Notes under the pieces: generated by a model
Told to the model about the DNA's origin: nothing
Seen by the model: the letters and a program-made list of their open reading frames with translations, nothing else
Databases searched by the model: none
Position numbers and translations under genes: made by a program
Shown here: positions 28,021 through 38,618 of the stretch, piece by piece
How the letters are laid out: the number at the start of each line of letters is the position of its first letter
Numbering within the stretch: position 1 is the stretch's first letter
Assembly (NCBI GenBank): GCA_900542275.1
Contig: UQMW01000002.1
Span: 20,210 to 84,209 of the forward strand
Origin: an uncultured Collinsella sp.
GTDB lineage: Bacteria > Actinomycetota > Coriobacteriia > Coriobacteriales > Coriobacteriaceae
Reading direction: 5' to 3'
Length of the DNA stretch: 64,000 bases

Positions 28021-29322
28021 GTGGATAACCTTGCCAAACCCACAAACCGCGCGCTGTTTTTGGTCAGCGTTGCCGTGACCGGTGCACTCGCGGGTGCTGC
28101 AGTCTGGCTATTCTTCTTTGCGATGGAGCGCGGCATTGATTATTTGTGGACCGAGGTCCCGCATATGCTGGGTGTCTCTTCGCCCGAACTCGCCAGCGGT
28201 CCGTTCGGCTTTTTGCCGTACCCGTTTTTTGTCTGCCTGCTGGGCGGCCTGCTGATCGGTCTGTACGAAAAGATGACGGGCGCCAAGACCGACGACCTCA
28301 ACCAGGTCATGACCAAGGTCAAGCAAGACGGTCGCTACCCGTACGACAATCTGGGCAAGCTTTCGCTCGCGGCGCTGCTGCCGTTGCTGTTTGGCGGAAG
28401 TATTGGACCGGAGGCCGGCCTGACCGGCGTTATCGCGGGACTGTGCAGCTGGGTCGGCGATCGCATGCGTCGCTTTGGAGCTGAGTTTAGGGAGCTCACG
28501 CTGCTGGGCACCCAGGCTGCCCTGACGGCGCTCTTTACCGCGCCCGTGTTTGGCTTTGTGGCGCCGCTCGCCGGAAGTGCTGACGGTCAGGGTGCCAATG
28601 ACGATGAGTCCGCGTCTGACGAGATCACCATCAAGCTTCCCAAGGCGCAAAAGACCGTGGTCTACGGTATCGCGATCGCTGGCGGTCTGGGCACCTACCT
28701 GCTGCTTGGCCAGCTTGTGGGCGGCGGCATGGGTATGCCGAGGTTCGAGGCCGCGCAGGTGGGCAACCTCGAGCTTGCTTGGCTTATTCCCCTGGCGCTC
28801 GTCGGCACGGCCTGTGGCTGGCTGTACTTTGTCTCGGAGCACGCGAGCGAGGCGTTGGCCCACGCCATAGGGGAGCGCCCTGTCGTCAAGGCCATGCTGG
28901 CCGGTTTGGCGCTCGCTATCTGCGGCACGGTCCTGCCCTACACCATGTTTGCCGGTGAGACCCAGGCCGACGTACTTATGGAGACCTACCTCACCATTCC
29001 CGCCGGCATGCTTATCGCGACCGGCCTTGTTAAGGCCATGCTGACGCCCGCCCTCATCAACCTGGGCTGGCGCGGCGGTCACTTCTTCCCCGTTATCTTC
29101 TCGGGCGTGAGCCTGGGCTACGGCCTTGCCGTCCTTACGGGCGCCGATCCGGTCTTTTGCGTCGCCGTCTGTACCGCCTCGACGATGGGTGCCGTCATGC
29201 GTCAGCCCGTCATGGTCGTGGGCCTGCTGCTCATGTGCTTCCCGCTCAAGGGCATCGTCTGCATGATCATCGCCGCCGTCATCGCGGCAGGCATTCCGCT
29301 GCCCAAGCCGCTGCGCAAGTAG
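28021..29322 (+). CDS. ClC-family voltage-gated chloride channel/antiporter
   Basis: GGSIGPEAG and GWRGGHFFP selectivity motifs, multiple TM helices. The GTG start at 28021 is tentative. Confidence 0.8.
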   Translation: MDNLAKPTNRALFLVSVAVTGALAGAAVWLFFFAMERGIDYLWTEVPHMLGVSSPELASGPFGFLPYPFFVCLLGGLLIGLYEKMTGAKTDDLNQVMTKVKQDGRYPYDNLGKLSLAALLPLLFGGSIGPEAGLTGVIAGLCSWVGDRMRRFGAEFRELTLLGTQAALTALFTAPVFGFVAPLAGSADGQGANDDESASDEITIKLPKAQKTVVYGIAIAGGLGTYLLLGQLVGGGMGMPRFEAAQVGNLELAWLIPLALVGTACGWLYFVSEHASEALAHAIGERPVVKAMLAGLALAICGTVLPYTMFAGETQADVLMETYLTIPAGMLIATGLVKAMLTPALINLGWRGGHFFPVIFSGVSLGYGLAVLTGADPVFCVAVCTASTMGAVMRQPVMVVGLLLMCFPLKGIVCMIIAAVIAAGIPLPKPLRK

Positions 29323-29362
29323 CGTATTGCGCTTTGCGTTTGTTTAGAACTCGTTTTAAAGA

Positions 29363-29399
29363 AGCCGCGCGAGGCCGTTTGTTTACGGCTCGCGCGGCT
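29363..29399. terminator. bidirectional intrinsic terminator hairpin
   Basis: AGCCGCGCGAGGCCG-TTTGTTTA-CGGCTCGCGCGGCT (about 14 bp stem with one bulge) between convergent ClC and methyltransferase genes, with T-rich flanks on both strands. Confidence 0.6.
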
Positions 29400-29404
29400 A
29401 TTGT

Positions 29405-30142
29405 TTAGAGCTTCCTCAGCATGATGGCGATGGTGTTGAGGTATTCGAGCGCGCCGGCTTCAACGGCGGCGCGGTCGCCTGCTGCATATTCGTTGTCGCA
29501 GGCGAGCCAGTCTTCCCATGCTTCGTCTGTGCAGAGCATGGGCTGCATCGAGACAATCTCGACGCCGGGGGTCGGCTCGATCATGGCGCGCCACCAGGCT
29601 ATGTCATGCATATAGTCGAGCTGCTCGGGTGTCCAGGATTTGAGCAGGCAAACGGGCAGGTTGTCGTGGCAGTCGCGAACCATGCCCGGGATGCTTAAGT
29701 AGAGCATCCCGCCTTGCTTTACGTAGGGGAGTAAGCGCTCGCCCAGGTAATGTGGATCGCGACCGTAGTAGTTGTACGAGTCGATGCTCACGACCGCATC
29801 AAAAAAGTCGTGCTCAAACGGTAGACCCTGTGAGGCGTCCGCCTTGACAGGGTGAATAACGTTGCGGGGAATGCCGAGCGAATCAAAGAACGTGCGGTTT
29901 TCGACGGGGTCGCTCCACAGGTCGACGGCGTAGGTGTCAAACCCGTATTCGCGGGCAAGCAGGGCGCTGGTGATACCGGTGCCCGACCCAAGGTCGCAGA
30001 CGCGGGCGCCGCGTGGGATATTCGCACCGCAAAGGAGCTCTTCGCAGAGCTTGAGGGGGTTCGGCCCCATAATCTTAGAGCGTACGAGTGCCGCGTCGAA
30101 GCTGGTGGCTTTTGGGAAGGATTGAGATTTCGCAGAGTTCAT
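29405..30142 (-). CDS. class I SAM-dependent methyltransferase
   Basis: Motif I VCDLGSGTGITSALLA; DAVVSIDS post-I/II region. Confidence 0.75.
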   Translation of the reverse strand: MNSAKSQSFPKATSFDAALVRSKIMGPNPLKLCEELLCGANIPRGARVCDLGSGTGITSALLAREYGFDTYAVDLWSDPVENRTFFDSLGIPRNVIHPVKADASQGLPFEHDFFDAVVSIDSYNYYGRDPHYLGERLLPYVKQGGMLYLSIPGMVRDCHDNLPVCLLKSWTPEQLDYMHDIAWWRAMIEPTPGVEIVSMQPMLCTDEAWEDWLACDNEYAAGDRAAVEAGALEYLNTIAIMLRKL

Positions 30143-30420
30143 TGTTCTTTCCTATCAGGTGCATATGTGGCAGATGACGGAGGCGGAACGGCGCAACAAA
30201 CCACGGCCGCAAGACGGCCGTTTTCAATTTGTATGCGATTGACCGTTCCCTAAAGAACAATGACCAAAAAGACATCCCCTTGGATGATCGAAATTGGGCC
30301 GAGGCCCGTGACGTTTTGATTATAGAACGTTGCGCACGGGCCGGGGATATGCCATTTGTCACGGATTTGAGGGGCGCGATTGTGGCCGATTGCGACCTGC
30401 GTGGGTCGAGATTCGCCCGC

Positions 30421-31119
30421 CTACAGGTCGCGTGCCCGGTAGACCTTGGTGCTGACGATGCAGCTAAGTGCACATAGCACGAGGGCCAATACCGCGATGC
30501 CCGCACACAGGCAGCCGAGGACGGCAGGATCGGGATTCGCTCCGGCAATCGACATGAGCCAGTTGCTGATGGGGTTGGAGGAGCTCAGCGTGGCCATGGC
30601 AAGGCATCCGAGCAGGGCGAACAGGCCGACGGAAAAGCGCAGCGCCTCCATGTGTCCAAATCGAAAGAACAGCGGCTGTGCCAGAAACACCATCATGAGG
30701 GAGATGAGCATCGATGCGGCGGAGGCTATTGTGGTCTCAAAGACGGTTTGTCCCGTCGAGGGCATGCCCGCGCTGTTGAAGAGCGGGATAGAGACGATGC
30801 CCAGAAGCGCGGCGGCGCACGCCATGACGGCCGAGAAGACAATGATGCTCAGGTAGCGTGCACAGATGATGTCTATGCGCGAGATGGGCAGCGTTGCCCG
30901 ATAGCGCTCCCATCCGTTTTGATTGTCGTAGCCGGCCAGCGAGTTCATGACCACGATGGGCGACATGGCACTGACCGCGCAGGCGCCGGCGCTCATACCA
31001 GAATCGCCATCCGATGCGTTGGCGAGGGTCAGCACGACGAAGATGAACAGGCCGACTCCCGCAATGCTCGGGACAAGCGTGCGGACGATGGCGAGCTCAG
31101 ACATAAAGGCGCGTTTCAT
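30421..31119 (-). CDS. ABC-2 type transporter permease
   Basis: Six hydrophobic segments. ATGA overlap with the upstream ABC ATPase. Operon context: GntR, ATPase, permease. Confidence 0.7.
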   Translation of the reverse strand: MKRAFMSELAIVRTLVPSIAGVGLFIFVVLTLANASDGDSGMSAGACAVSAMSPIVVMNSLAGYDNQNGWERYRATLPISRIDIICARYLSIIVFSAVMACAAALLGIVSIPLFNSAGMPSTGQTVFETTIASAASMLISLMMVFLAQPLFFRFGHMEALRFSVGLFALLGCLAMATLSSSNPISNWLMSIAGANPDPAVLGCLCAGIAVLALVLCALSCIVSTKVYRARDL

Positions 31120-31997
31120 TTCGAAGCTCCTTTCAGCATGAGGCGAAGATAGTCATCAATGGTTGCCCGGTCGCAGGGAATCTCGGGGAAGGCCTCGAGC
31201 GCATCGCGACGGTTGGGCACGAGCACGTCCACGCTATAGGCGTGGTGGGCGGCACGGGCGCCTTCGACGCAAGCCATGAGCTCGGACGCCTGTGCTTGGG
31301 TGCAGTGGGCGATGCCGGCTCGGTCGGTAATGTCCTCGCGCGGCAGGTCAAACATAATCGAGCCGTTATCGATGCAGATGACGCGGTCGGCAGTGCGATC
31401 GAGGTCGGATGTAATGTGGCTCGAGAGCAGCACGCTGTGCTGGCCGTTGGCGACAAAGGCAAGCAACTCGTCGAGCAGTTCCTCGCGCGCCATGGGATCA
31501 AGGCCTGCGGTGGCTTCGTCCAAAACGAGCAGCTTGGCATTGTGGCTGAGCGCACAGGCGAGCTGCAGCTTCATGCCCATGCCGCGGGAGAGGTCCTTGA
31601 CCTTTGTCTTGGGATCGAGGCCAAATCGGTCGATGAATCCGGCGAACGTTTCGCAGCTCCACGTGGGATATGCCGGGCCTACGAGCCTCTCGATCTGGCC
31701 CACCTTGAGCGTGGAGGGGAAGGGGCATGTGTCCAGGACAAGACCGACGCGGGAGCGCAGATGGCTTTGCGATTCATCGGGCGTGTCGGCGCCATGGCGC
31801 TGCCCAAACAGGTGTACCTCGCCGGCATCGAGCTTTATAAGCCCGAGTGCGGCTCGAATCGTCGTTGTCTTGCCGGCACCGTTTGCTCCCACAAAGCCGA
31901 CAATTTGGCCGGGCTCCACAGCAAGCGTGACGTCGCGCAACGAAAAACGGTCGCTCACGCGGCGCGATACACCTTTGAGTTCTAGCAAATTTTGCAT
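31116..31997 (-). CDS. ABC transporter ATP-binding protein
   Basis: Walker A GANGAGKTT, signature LSRGMGMKLQLA, Walker B LLVLDEATAGLD. Start trimmed to MQNLLELKG (31997) because the track ORF runs through the GntR gene. Confidence 0.85.
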   Translation of the reverse strand: MQNLLELKGVSRRVSDRFSLRDVTLAVEPGQIVGFVGANGAGKTTTIRAALGLIKLDAGEVHLFGQRHGADTPDESQSHLRSRVGLVLDTCPFPSTLKVGQIERLVGPAYPTWSCETFAGFIDRFGLDPKTKVKDLSRGMGMKLQLACALSHNAKLLVLDEATAGLDPMAREELLDELLAFVANGQHSVLLSSHITSDLDRTADRVICIDNGSIMFDLPREDITDRAGIAHCTQAQASELMACVEGARAAHHAYSVDVLVPNRRDALEAFPEIPCDRATIDDYLRLMLKGASK

Positions 31998-32020
31998 GGT
32001 ATAGCCTTTCTTGCAGATGG

Positions 32021-32401
32021 CTACTGCATGGTTTCGGGGGCTATGAGGTCGAGCATCTCGTGCAGTTTGTCGCGCGTGACGCCCAAGGCTTCGGCTTGGT
32101 TCGCCGCTTTCGCAAGCAGCTCTTCGATATGGCAGAGCTGGTTTTCGCGCAAGAGCTCCTGGTTGCCCTCGGCGACAAAACAGCCCTTGCCCTGCACGGT
32201 GCAGATAAACCCGAGCTGCTCCAGGTCGGCGTAGGCGCGCTTGGTGGTGATGACACTCACGCCAAGATCGCTCGCGAGTGCACGGATGCTGGGGAGTTTG
32301 GCTCCCGCAGCGAGCGTGCCCGAAAGGATCTGAGCTTTGACCTGCGAGGATATCTGTTCGTAGATGGGCTTGTCGCTCGAATTGGATAGGATGATGTCCA
32401 C
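32021..32401 (-). CDS. GntR-family (YtrA-like) transcriptional regulator
   Basis: KPIYEQISSQVKAQILSGTLAAGAKLPSIRALASDLGVSVITTKRAYADLE. Confidence 0.85.
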   Translation of the reverse strand: MDIILSNSSDKPIYEQISSQVKAQILSGTLAAGAKLPSIRALASDLGVSVITTKRAYADLEQLGFICTVQGKGCFVAEGNQELLRENQLCHIEELLAKAANQAEALGVTRDKLHEMLDLIAPETMQ

Positions 32402-32616
32402 AGCGGCTCCTTAGCTGTTGGGCTACACGTGTATATAACCGGTAAGCACAGTATATATACACTATGCACAGTTACGCAAGAGACAAATTCGGATTGGGCC
32501 GGCTGCCCGGGCCCTGACTGATGAATTTGTCCTGATAGGCGCCCTAGATCGGGATTTCGCGGCTACAATAATGCGGTTACATCGACGTAATGCACTCAAT
32601 GCAAGAAAGGATCCGC

Positions 32617-34230
<1,614 letters not shown>

Positions 34231-34386
34231 CGCATCGGCGCGGTGGCCCTGTGGGGCTGCCGCGCCATTTACTTGCCTGATGCCGTGTGAGCGGCTATCA
34301 TACCCACCGTCGTCTCAAGACCGGGGCGTCCGAGCAGTTCGGGTCCGATATCCTGCTCGTTAAACCTAAAACCAAAGGAGTACATA

Positions 34387-35109
34387 ATGATCAAGAAGGT
34401 CATGGAGGACTACAAGGTCCTGTTGCGGAGCATTCCCGCGGCAACGGTTTCGCTGTTTTTCGTGAGCGTCATCATGATGAACCTGCTGGCCAACAAAGAG
34501 CTCATCAGCCTGCCGTATCTGGCACTCGATTGCGGCTTTGTGGTGAGCTGGGTTTCGTTTTTGTGCCAGGACATGATCTGCAAGCGCTTTGGCGCCAAGG
34601 CATCCATCAAAATCTCTATCCTCGCGCTGCTGGTCAACCTGGCCGTGAGCCTGTGCTTTTGGGCATGCTCGCTCACGCCCGGCATGTGGGGCGCCTACTA
34701 CGACACGGGTATGATCGAGGTCAACAGCGCCCTTAACGCCACCATTGGCGGCACCTGGTACGTGGTGCTGGGCTCTTCGCTGGCAATGCTCGTTTCTGCC
34801 GTGGTTAATTCCACGCTCAACCAGTCGCTCGGCCGTATGCTCAAAAAGAATAACTTTGCGAGCTTCGCCTTCCGTTCCTATGTGTCCACGGGTGTTGGCC
34901 AGTTTATCGACAACCTGGTCTTTGCCATTGTGGTGAGCCATACGTTCTTTGGTTGGACCTGGGTGCAGGTCCTTATGTGCTCGCTGACCGGCGCTGTTGC
35001 CGAGCTGCTGTGCGAGGTCTTCCTGAGCCCCGTGGGCTACAAGGTCGTGCGTGGCTGGGAGCGCGAGAACGTGGGCGCCGAGTACCTCGAGCGTCACGCA
35101 ACCGCCTAA
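34387..35109 (+). CDS. VUT-family (YhhQ/DUF165) queuosine-precursor transporter
   Basis: Polytopic membrane protein of about 240 aa with a YhhQ-like layout (ISLPYLALDCGFVVSWVSFLCQDMI...GQFIDNLVF). AAAGGAG RBS. Confidence 0.7.
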   Translation: MIKKVMEDYKVLLRSIPAATVSLFFVSVIMMNLLANKELISLPYLALDCGFVVSWVSFLCQDMICKRFGAKASIKISILALLVNLAVSLCFWACSLTPGMWGAYYDTGMIEVNSALNATIGGTWYVVLGSSLAMLVSAVVNSTLNQSLGRMLKKNNFASFAFRSYVSTGVGQFIDNLVFAIVVSHTFFGWTWVQVLMCSLTGAVAELLCEVFLSPVGYKVVRGWERENVGAEYLERHATA

Positions 35110-35118
35110 GGAGCAAGT

Positions 35119-35799
35119 ATGCGGGTTTTGATCACGGGCGCTTCGGGCGGTATCGGAGCCGCATGCGTGCAACGCTTTTTGGACGAGGGCCACGAGGTCG
35201 TGGGCTTTGATCTGCTGCCAGCGGCAATCGAACACGAGTGCTACCGCCATCTGATCGTTGATGTACGCGAGCCTAACTCGTTTCCAGGCGACCTTGAGCC
35301 TCAGGTAATCGTGAACGTTGCCGGTGTACAGGATTCGGCCGATGACATTGCCGCCAACCTGCGTGGCACCATCAGCGTGACCGAGCGCTACGCCTTTGTG
35401 GGAGAGGGGCTTGCCGCCAAGCCGGCGCCGACTATCAAATCCGTGGTCAATGTGGGGTCGGCGAGCGGGCATACGGGATCGGAGTTTCCCGCCTATGCCG
35501 CCAGCAAGGGCGGCGTTATCGCCTACACCAAGAACCTTGCAAACCGCCTGGCACCGCAGGCCATCGCCAACAGTGTGGACCCGGGCGGCGTTATCACGCC
35601 GCTCAACCGTTGCGTGATGGAAGACGAGCGCCTGTGGAACCAGATTATGGAGCTCACGCCGCTTAAGCGCTGGGCCACCGCCCAAGAGATCGCCGAGTGG
35701 ATCTACTTTGTGGGCGTGACCAACCGGTTTATGACCGGGCAGAGCCTGCTGATCGATGGCGGCGAGGCCGGCCGCACACAATTTATTTGGCCCGAATAG
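35119..35799 (+). CDS. SDR-family oxidoreductase
   Basis: ITGASGGIGAA cofactor motif and catalytic YAASKGG (YxxxK). Confidence 0.8.
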   Translation: MRVLITGASGGIGAACVQRFLDEGHEVVGFDLLPAAIEHECYRHLIVDVREPNSFPGDLEPQVIVNVAGVQDSADDIAANLRGTISVTERYAFVGEGLAAKPAPTIKSVVNVGSASGHTGSEFPAYAASKGGVIAYTKNLANRLAPQAIANSVDPGGVITPLNRCVMEDERLWNQIMELTPLKRWATAQEIAEWIYFVGVTNRFMTGQSLLIDGGEAGRTQFIWPE

Positions 35800-35800
35800 G

Positions 35801-35837
35801 AAACGCGCCCGATGGAAAGCTGTCGGGCGCGTTTTTG
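35801..35837. terminator. intrinsic terminator (bidirectional)
   Basis: AAACGCGCCCGA-TGGAAAGCTG-TCGGGCGCGTTTTT between convergent SDR and ung genes. Confidence 0.7.
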
Positions 35838-35849
35838 ATGTATCGATTT

Positions 35850-36575
35850 TTAGCCGAGGCAAGTCCAGTTGACGGGGGTCGAGCCGTGCTGTTCGAGTAG
35901 CCGATTGGCAGCGGAGAAGGGGCGCGACCCCATAAAAGCGGGGAGTTCTGCCGTGGCACGGTTGGCCGAAAGCGGCGAGGGGTGCGTGGAGGCCAGGCAG
36001 AACTTGCCGGTTGCCTTGCCCGCACCAGTTGCGACGAGCTTGCCTTCGACCATCTGCTGGGCAAAGCGACCCCATGCCAAAAAGACTACCGGTTGGGGCA
36101 GCTGGCAGCAGCGTTCGATAACGTAGTCGGTGAGCGTGCTCCAGCCCAGTTTGGCGTGCGAGTTCGCGGCATGCTCGCGCACGGTGAGCGTAGTGTTGAG
36201 GAGCAGGACGCCCTGTTGTGCCCATGGGGTTAGGTCTCCCGTGGCGGGAATGGGGCAACCCAGATCGGCTTTGAGTTCCTTATAGATGTTGCGCAGGCTC
36301 GGCGGCAACTTGGTTTGCGTCGCGGGGACCGAGAACGACAGCCCCATTGCCTGGTTGGGTCCGTGATAGGGGTCCTGACCCAAGATGACAACCTTGACCT
36401 GGTCGGCCGGCGTGTAGGCGAGAGCATTGAGGATGTCGTCTTGTGCCGGGTAGATAGTCTGCTCGGCACGCAAAAGGGCGATGCGCTCGAGCAGCTGGTT
36501 CGTAGTGTCACGTACCGGCTGCGGTGCATCGCCCAACCAAGTTGCTATGTTGCGGTCGCGGGTTGCGGCGTCCAT
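35850..36575 (-). CDS. ung: uracil-DNA glycosylase (family 1)
   Basis: GQDPYHGPNQAMGLSFSV water-activating loop and HPSPLSA Leu-intercalation loop motifs. Confidence 0.9.
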   Translation of the reverse strand: MDAATRDRNIATWLGDAPQPVRDTTNQLLERIALLRAEQTIYPAQDDILNALAYTPADQVKVVILGQDPYHGPNQAMGLSFSVPATQTKLPPSLRNIYKELKADLGCPIPATGDLTPWAQQGVLLLNTTLTVREHAANSHAKLGWSTLTDYVIERCCQLPQPVVFLAWGRFAQQMVEGKLVATGAGKATGKFCLASTHPSPLSANRATAELPAFMGSRPFSAANRLLEQHGSTPVNWTCLG

Positions 36576-36663
36576 GGGGCTCCTTTACGTCAGATGCTCT
36601 GTTTGCATCTATTGTAAAGGCGCACCGGTTGCCTTTATGCCACGGCTGTATGAAGAGCGGGGT

Positions 36664-37566
36664 CTACGAGACGTGCTCGGGCGCTCCTGCCATGCGAGCC
36701 TGTCCATGTGCGCGGAGGCGCGGAAGCTCGACGGTTGCCACCATGACGCCGGTGAGGATGAGAGCTGCACCCAGGAAGGCGATGAGGCTCAGGACCTCGC
36801 CGACCAGGAAGAACGAGAAGACAGCGGAGCAGACCGGCTCGAGCGAGAAGGCAAAGCCGGTGGTCTCGGCGGGCACGTGGGGCTGCACGAGCGTTTGGGT
36901 GATAAAGCCGTAGGCAGAGCAGATGAGCGCGAGGGCAACGACGACCACGATCTCGCTGGGCGTACTGGGAAGTGTGAAACCGCCAAAGACGCATGCGGCA
37001 ATGCCCGAGAACAGGCCGCCAAAGCCCAGCTGCCAAACGCCCAGGGACAGCGGATCGACTTCTTCGACAAACCGCTTGGCGACAATGATGTGTCCGGCGT
37101 AGACAAAGGCGGAGAGCAGCATGATGAGCGCGCCCGGGTTCAGGCTAGTGAAGTCGGCGCCCGAGAGCAGCAACATACCGCAGGTGACGATGGCGGTGCC
37201 GACGAGCACTTTGCGCTCGGGGGCGCGGCGCAGCAGGGCGGCGTTGGCAAACGGCACGATTACGACCGTCAGGCTCTGCAAAAAGCCGGCAGTGGAGGCA
37301 GAGGTGAGGCTGGAGCCCAGGCACATGCAGGTGAGCTCGGTTGCCATGATGGCGCCGATGATAGCGGCGCGAACCATAAGGTCGCGGTTGATGCGGAACG
37401 CGCGTTTGTGGAAGAGCAGCAGGCAGGCCACAAAGGCGATGATGCAGCGTAGCGCGACGATGCTCGTGGCGTTCATGCTGTCCATGCCAATCTTCATGAG
37501 GGGATACGAAAAGCCCCATGCGACGGGAACGGAAAATGAGAGCGCGATTGCTTTTTTGCGATCCAT
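36664..37566 (-). CDS. DMT-superfamily (EamA) transporter
   Basis: Ten hydrophobic segments in two EamA-like halves, 300 aa. Confidence 0.75.
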   Translation of the reverse strand: MDRKKAIALSFSVPVAWGFSYPLMKIGMDSMNATSIVALRCIIAFVACLLLFHKRAFRINRDLMVRAAIIGAIMATELTCMCLGSSLTSASTAGFLQSLTVVIVPFANAALLRRAPERKVLVGTAIVTCGMLLLSGADFTSLNPGALIMLLSAFVYAGHIIVAKRFVEEVDPLSLGVWQLGFGGLFSGIAACVFGGFTLPSTPSEIVVVVALALICSAYGFITQTLVQPHVPAETTGFAFSLEPVCSAVFSFFLVGEVLSLIAFLGAALILTGVMVATVELPRLRAHGQARMAGAPEHVS

Positions 37567-37724
37567 GGGGCTCCTTTTGTTACAGAACGATTTCGTAAAA
37601 GGGATTCTGCTCCCAGATTTGGATGTAGTAAAGCGAATGTATCTTCAGTATGATTAAGAAATACTAATGTTGGCAGAAAAAGCCCTGGCAAAACGTTTTA
37701 CGGCTACATCGATGTGGAGGCACG

Positions 37725-38591
37725 ATGGCATCGCGGTATCAGATTGTTTGTATGGTGGTCGATTGCGGCAGTCTTAAGGGCGCGGCGGACGAACTGGGCT
37801 ATACACAAAGTGCGGTGAGCCAGGCCGTCAAGGCACTCGAGCGCGAGCTGGGTACCACGCTTATCGAGCGCGGTAAGCAGGGCGTTTCGCTTACGCGCGA
37901 CGGTAAACAATATCTGCCGTTCCTGCGCCAGATTGTGACCGCTGAGGCCGAGCTCGAGGGTAAGCGCCAGGAGCTGCTGGGGCTCTCCTCGACTGATATT
38001 CGCATTGCGACATTTACCAACGTGAGTCGTACCGTGTTGCCACGCGTGATCCGCGACTTTGGTGCGCTGCACCCGGGCGTACGCTTTACTCTCAAGCAGG
38101 GCGATTACACGCGCAACGCTCAATGGGTACACGATGGCGTGGTTGATTTTTGTTTTACGGCGCGCGGATTTACAGCTGGGCTCGAGAAGCGCGTGGTCTA
38201 TCACGACGAGTTGGTAGCATTGTTGCCGGCCGAGCATCCGCTGACGGCAAAGGAAAAGGTGACACTCGTCGACCTGGCGTCCGAGCCGTTTGTGCTGCTG
38301 GATGAGGGCGAACAGAGCCTGGTGCTCGATGCATTCGCGGCGCATGGGCTGTCGCCGCACGTGACGAGTGAGGTGACCGACGACTACACCATCATGGCGA
38401 TGGTGGAGGAGGGCCTGGGCGTGAGCATGCTCTACCGTCGTACTGTAGAGGGCATGCAAGCCGATATTCATGTGCGTCCCATCGTGCACGCTCCCTCGCG
38501 TGACGTAGTGGCAGCCTGGCGCAGCTGGGACACCATGCCTATCGCCACGAGGCACTTTATCGACTATATGAGCTCGCATATTGTCAATTAA
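37725..38591 (+). CDS. LysR-family transcriptional regulator
   Basis: N-terminal HTH CGSLKGAADELGYTQSAVSQAVKALE plus a LysR substrate-binding-length C-terminus. Confidence 0.85.
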   Translation: MASRYQIVCMVVDCGSLKGAADELGYTQSAVSQAVKALERELGTTLIERGKQGVSLTRDGKQYLPFLRQIVTAEAELEGKRQELLGLSSTDIRIATFTNVSRTVLPRVIRDFGALHPGVRFTLKQGDYTRNAQWVHDGVVDFCFTARGFTAGLEKRVVYHDELVALLPAEHPLTAKEKVTLVDLASEPFVLLDEGEQSLVLDAFAAHGLSPHVTSEVTDDYTIMAMVEEGLGVSMLYRRTVEGMQADIHVRPIVHAPSRDVVAAWRSWDTMPIATRHFIDYMSSHIVN

Positions 38592-38618
38592 TGACTGGCA
38601 TGGCGTTGAGTGCGGTGT

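Noticed and set aside
30229-30477. 82-aa ORF with a pentapeptide-repeat-like stretch (DLRGAIVADCDLRGSRFA)
   Set aside because: It is short, has no RBS, overlaps the 3' end of the ABC-2 permease on the other strand, and contains only about two repeat units.
31998-32462. N-terminal 155 codons of track ORF 31116..32462
   Set aside because: This extension overlaps the GntR gene in another frame and is Arg/His-rich nonsense. The ABC ATPase begins at MQNLLELKG (31997), 23 nt downstream of the GntR stop.
34366-36258. 630-aa minus-strand ORF
   Set aside because: It runs antisense through the YhhQ-like and SDR genes and into ung in a different frame. It has no motifs, whereas each of the three annotated genes has a strong signature or RBS.
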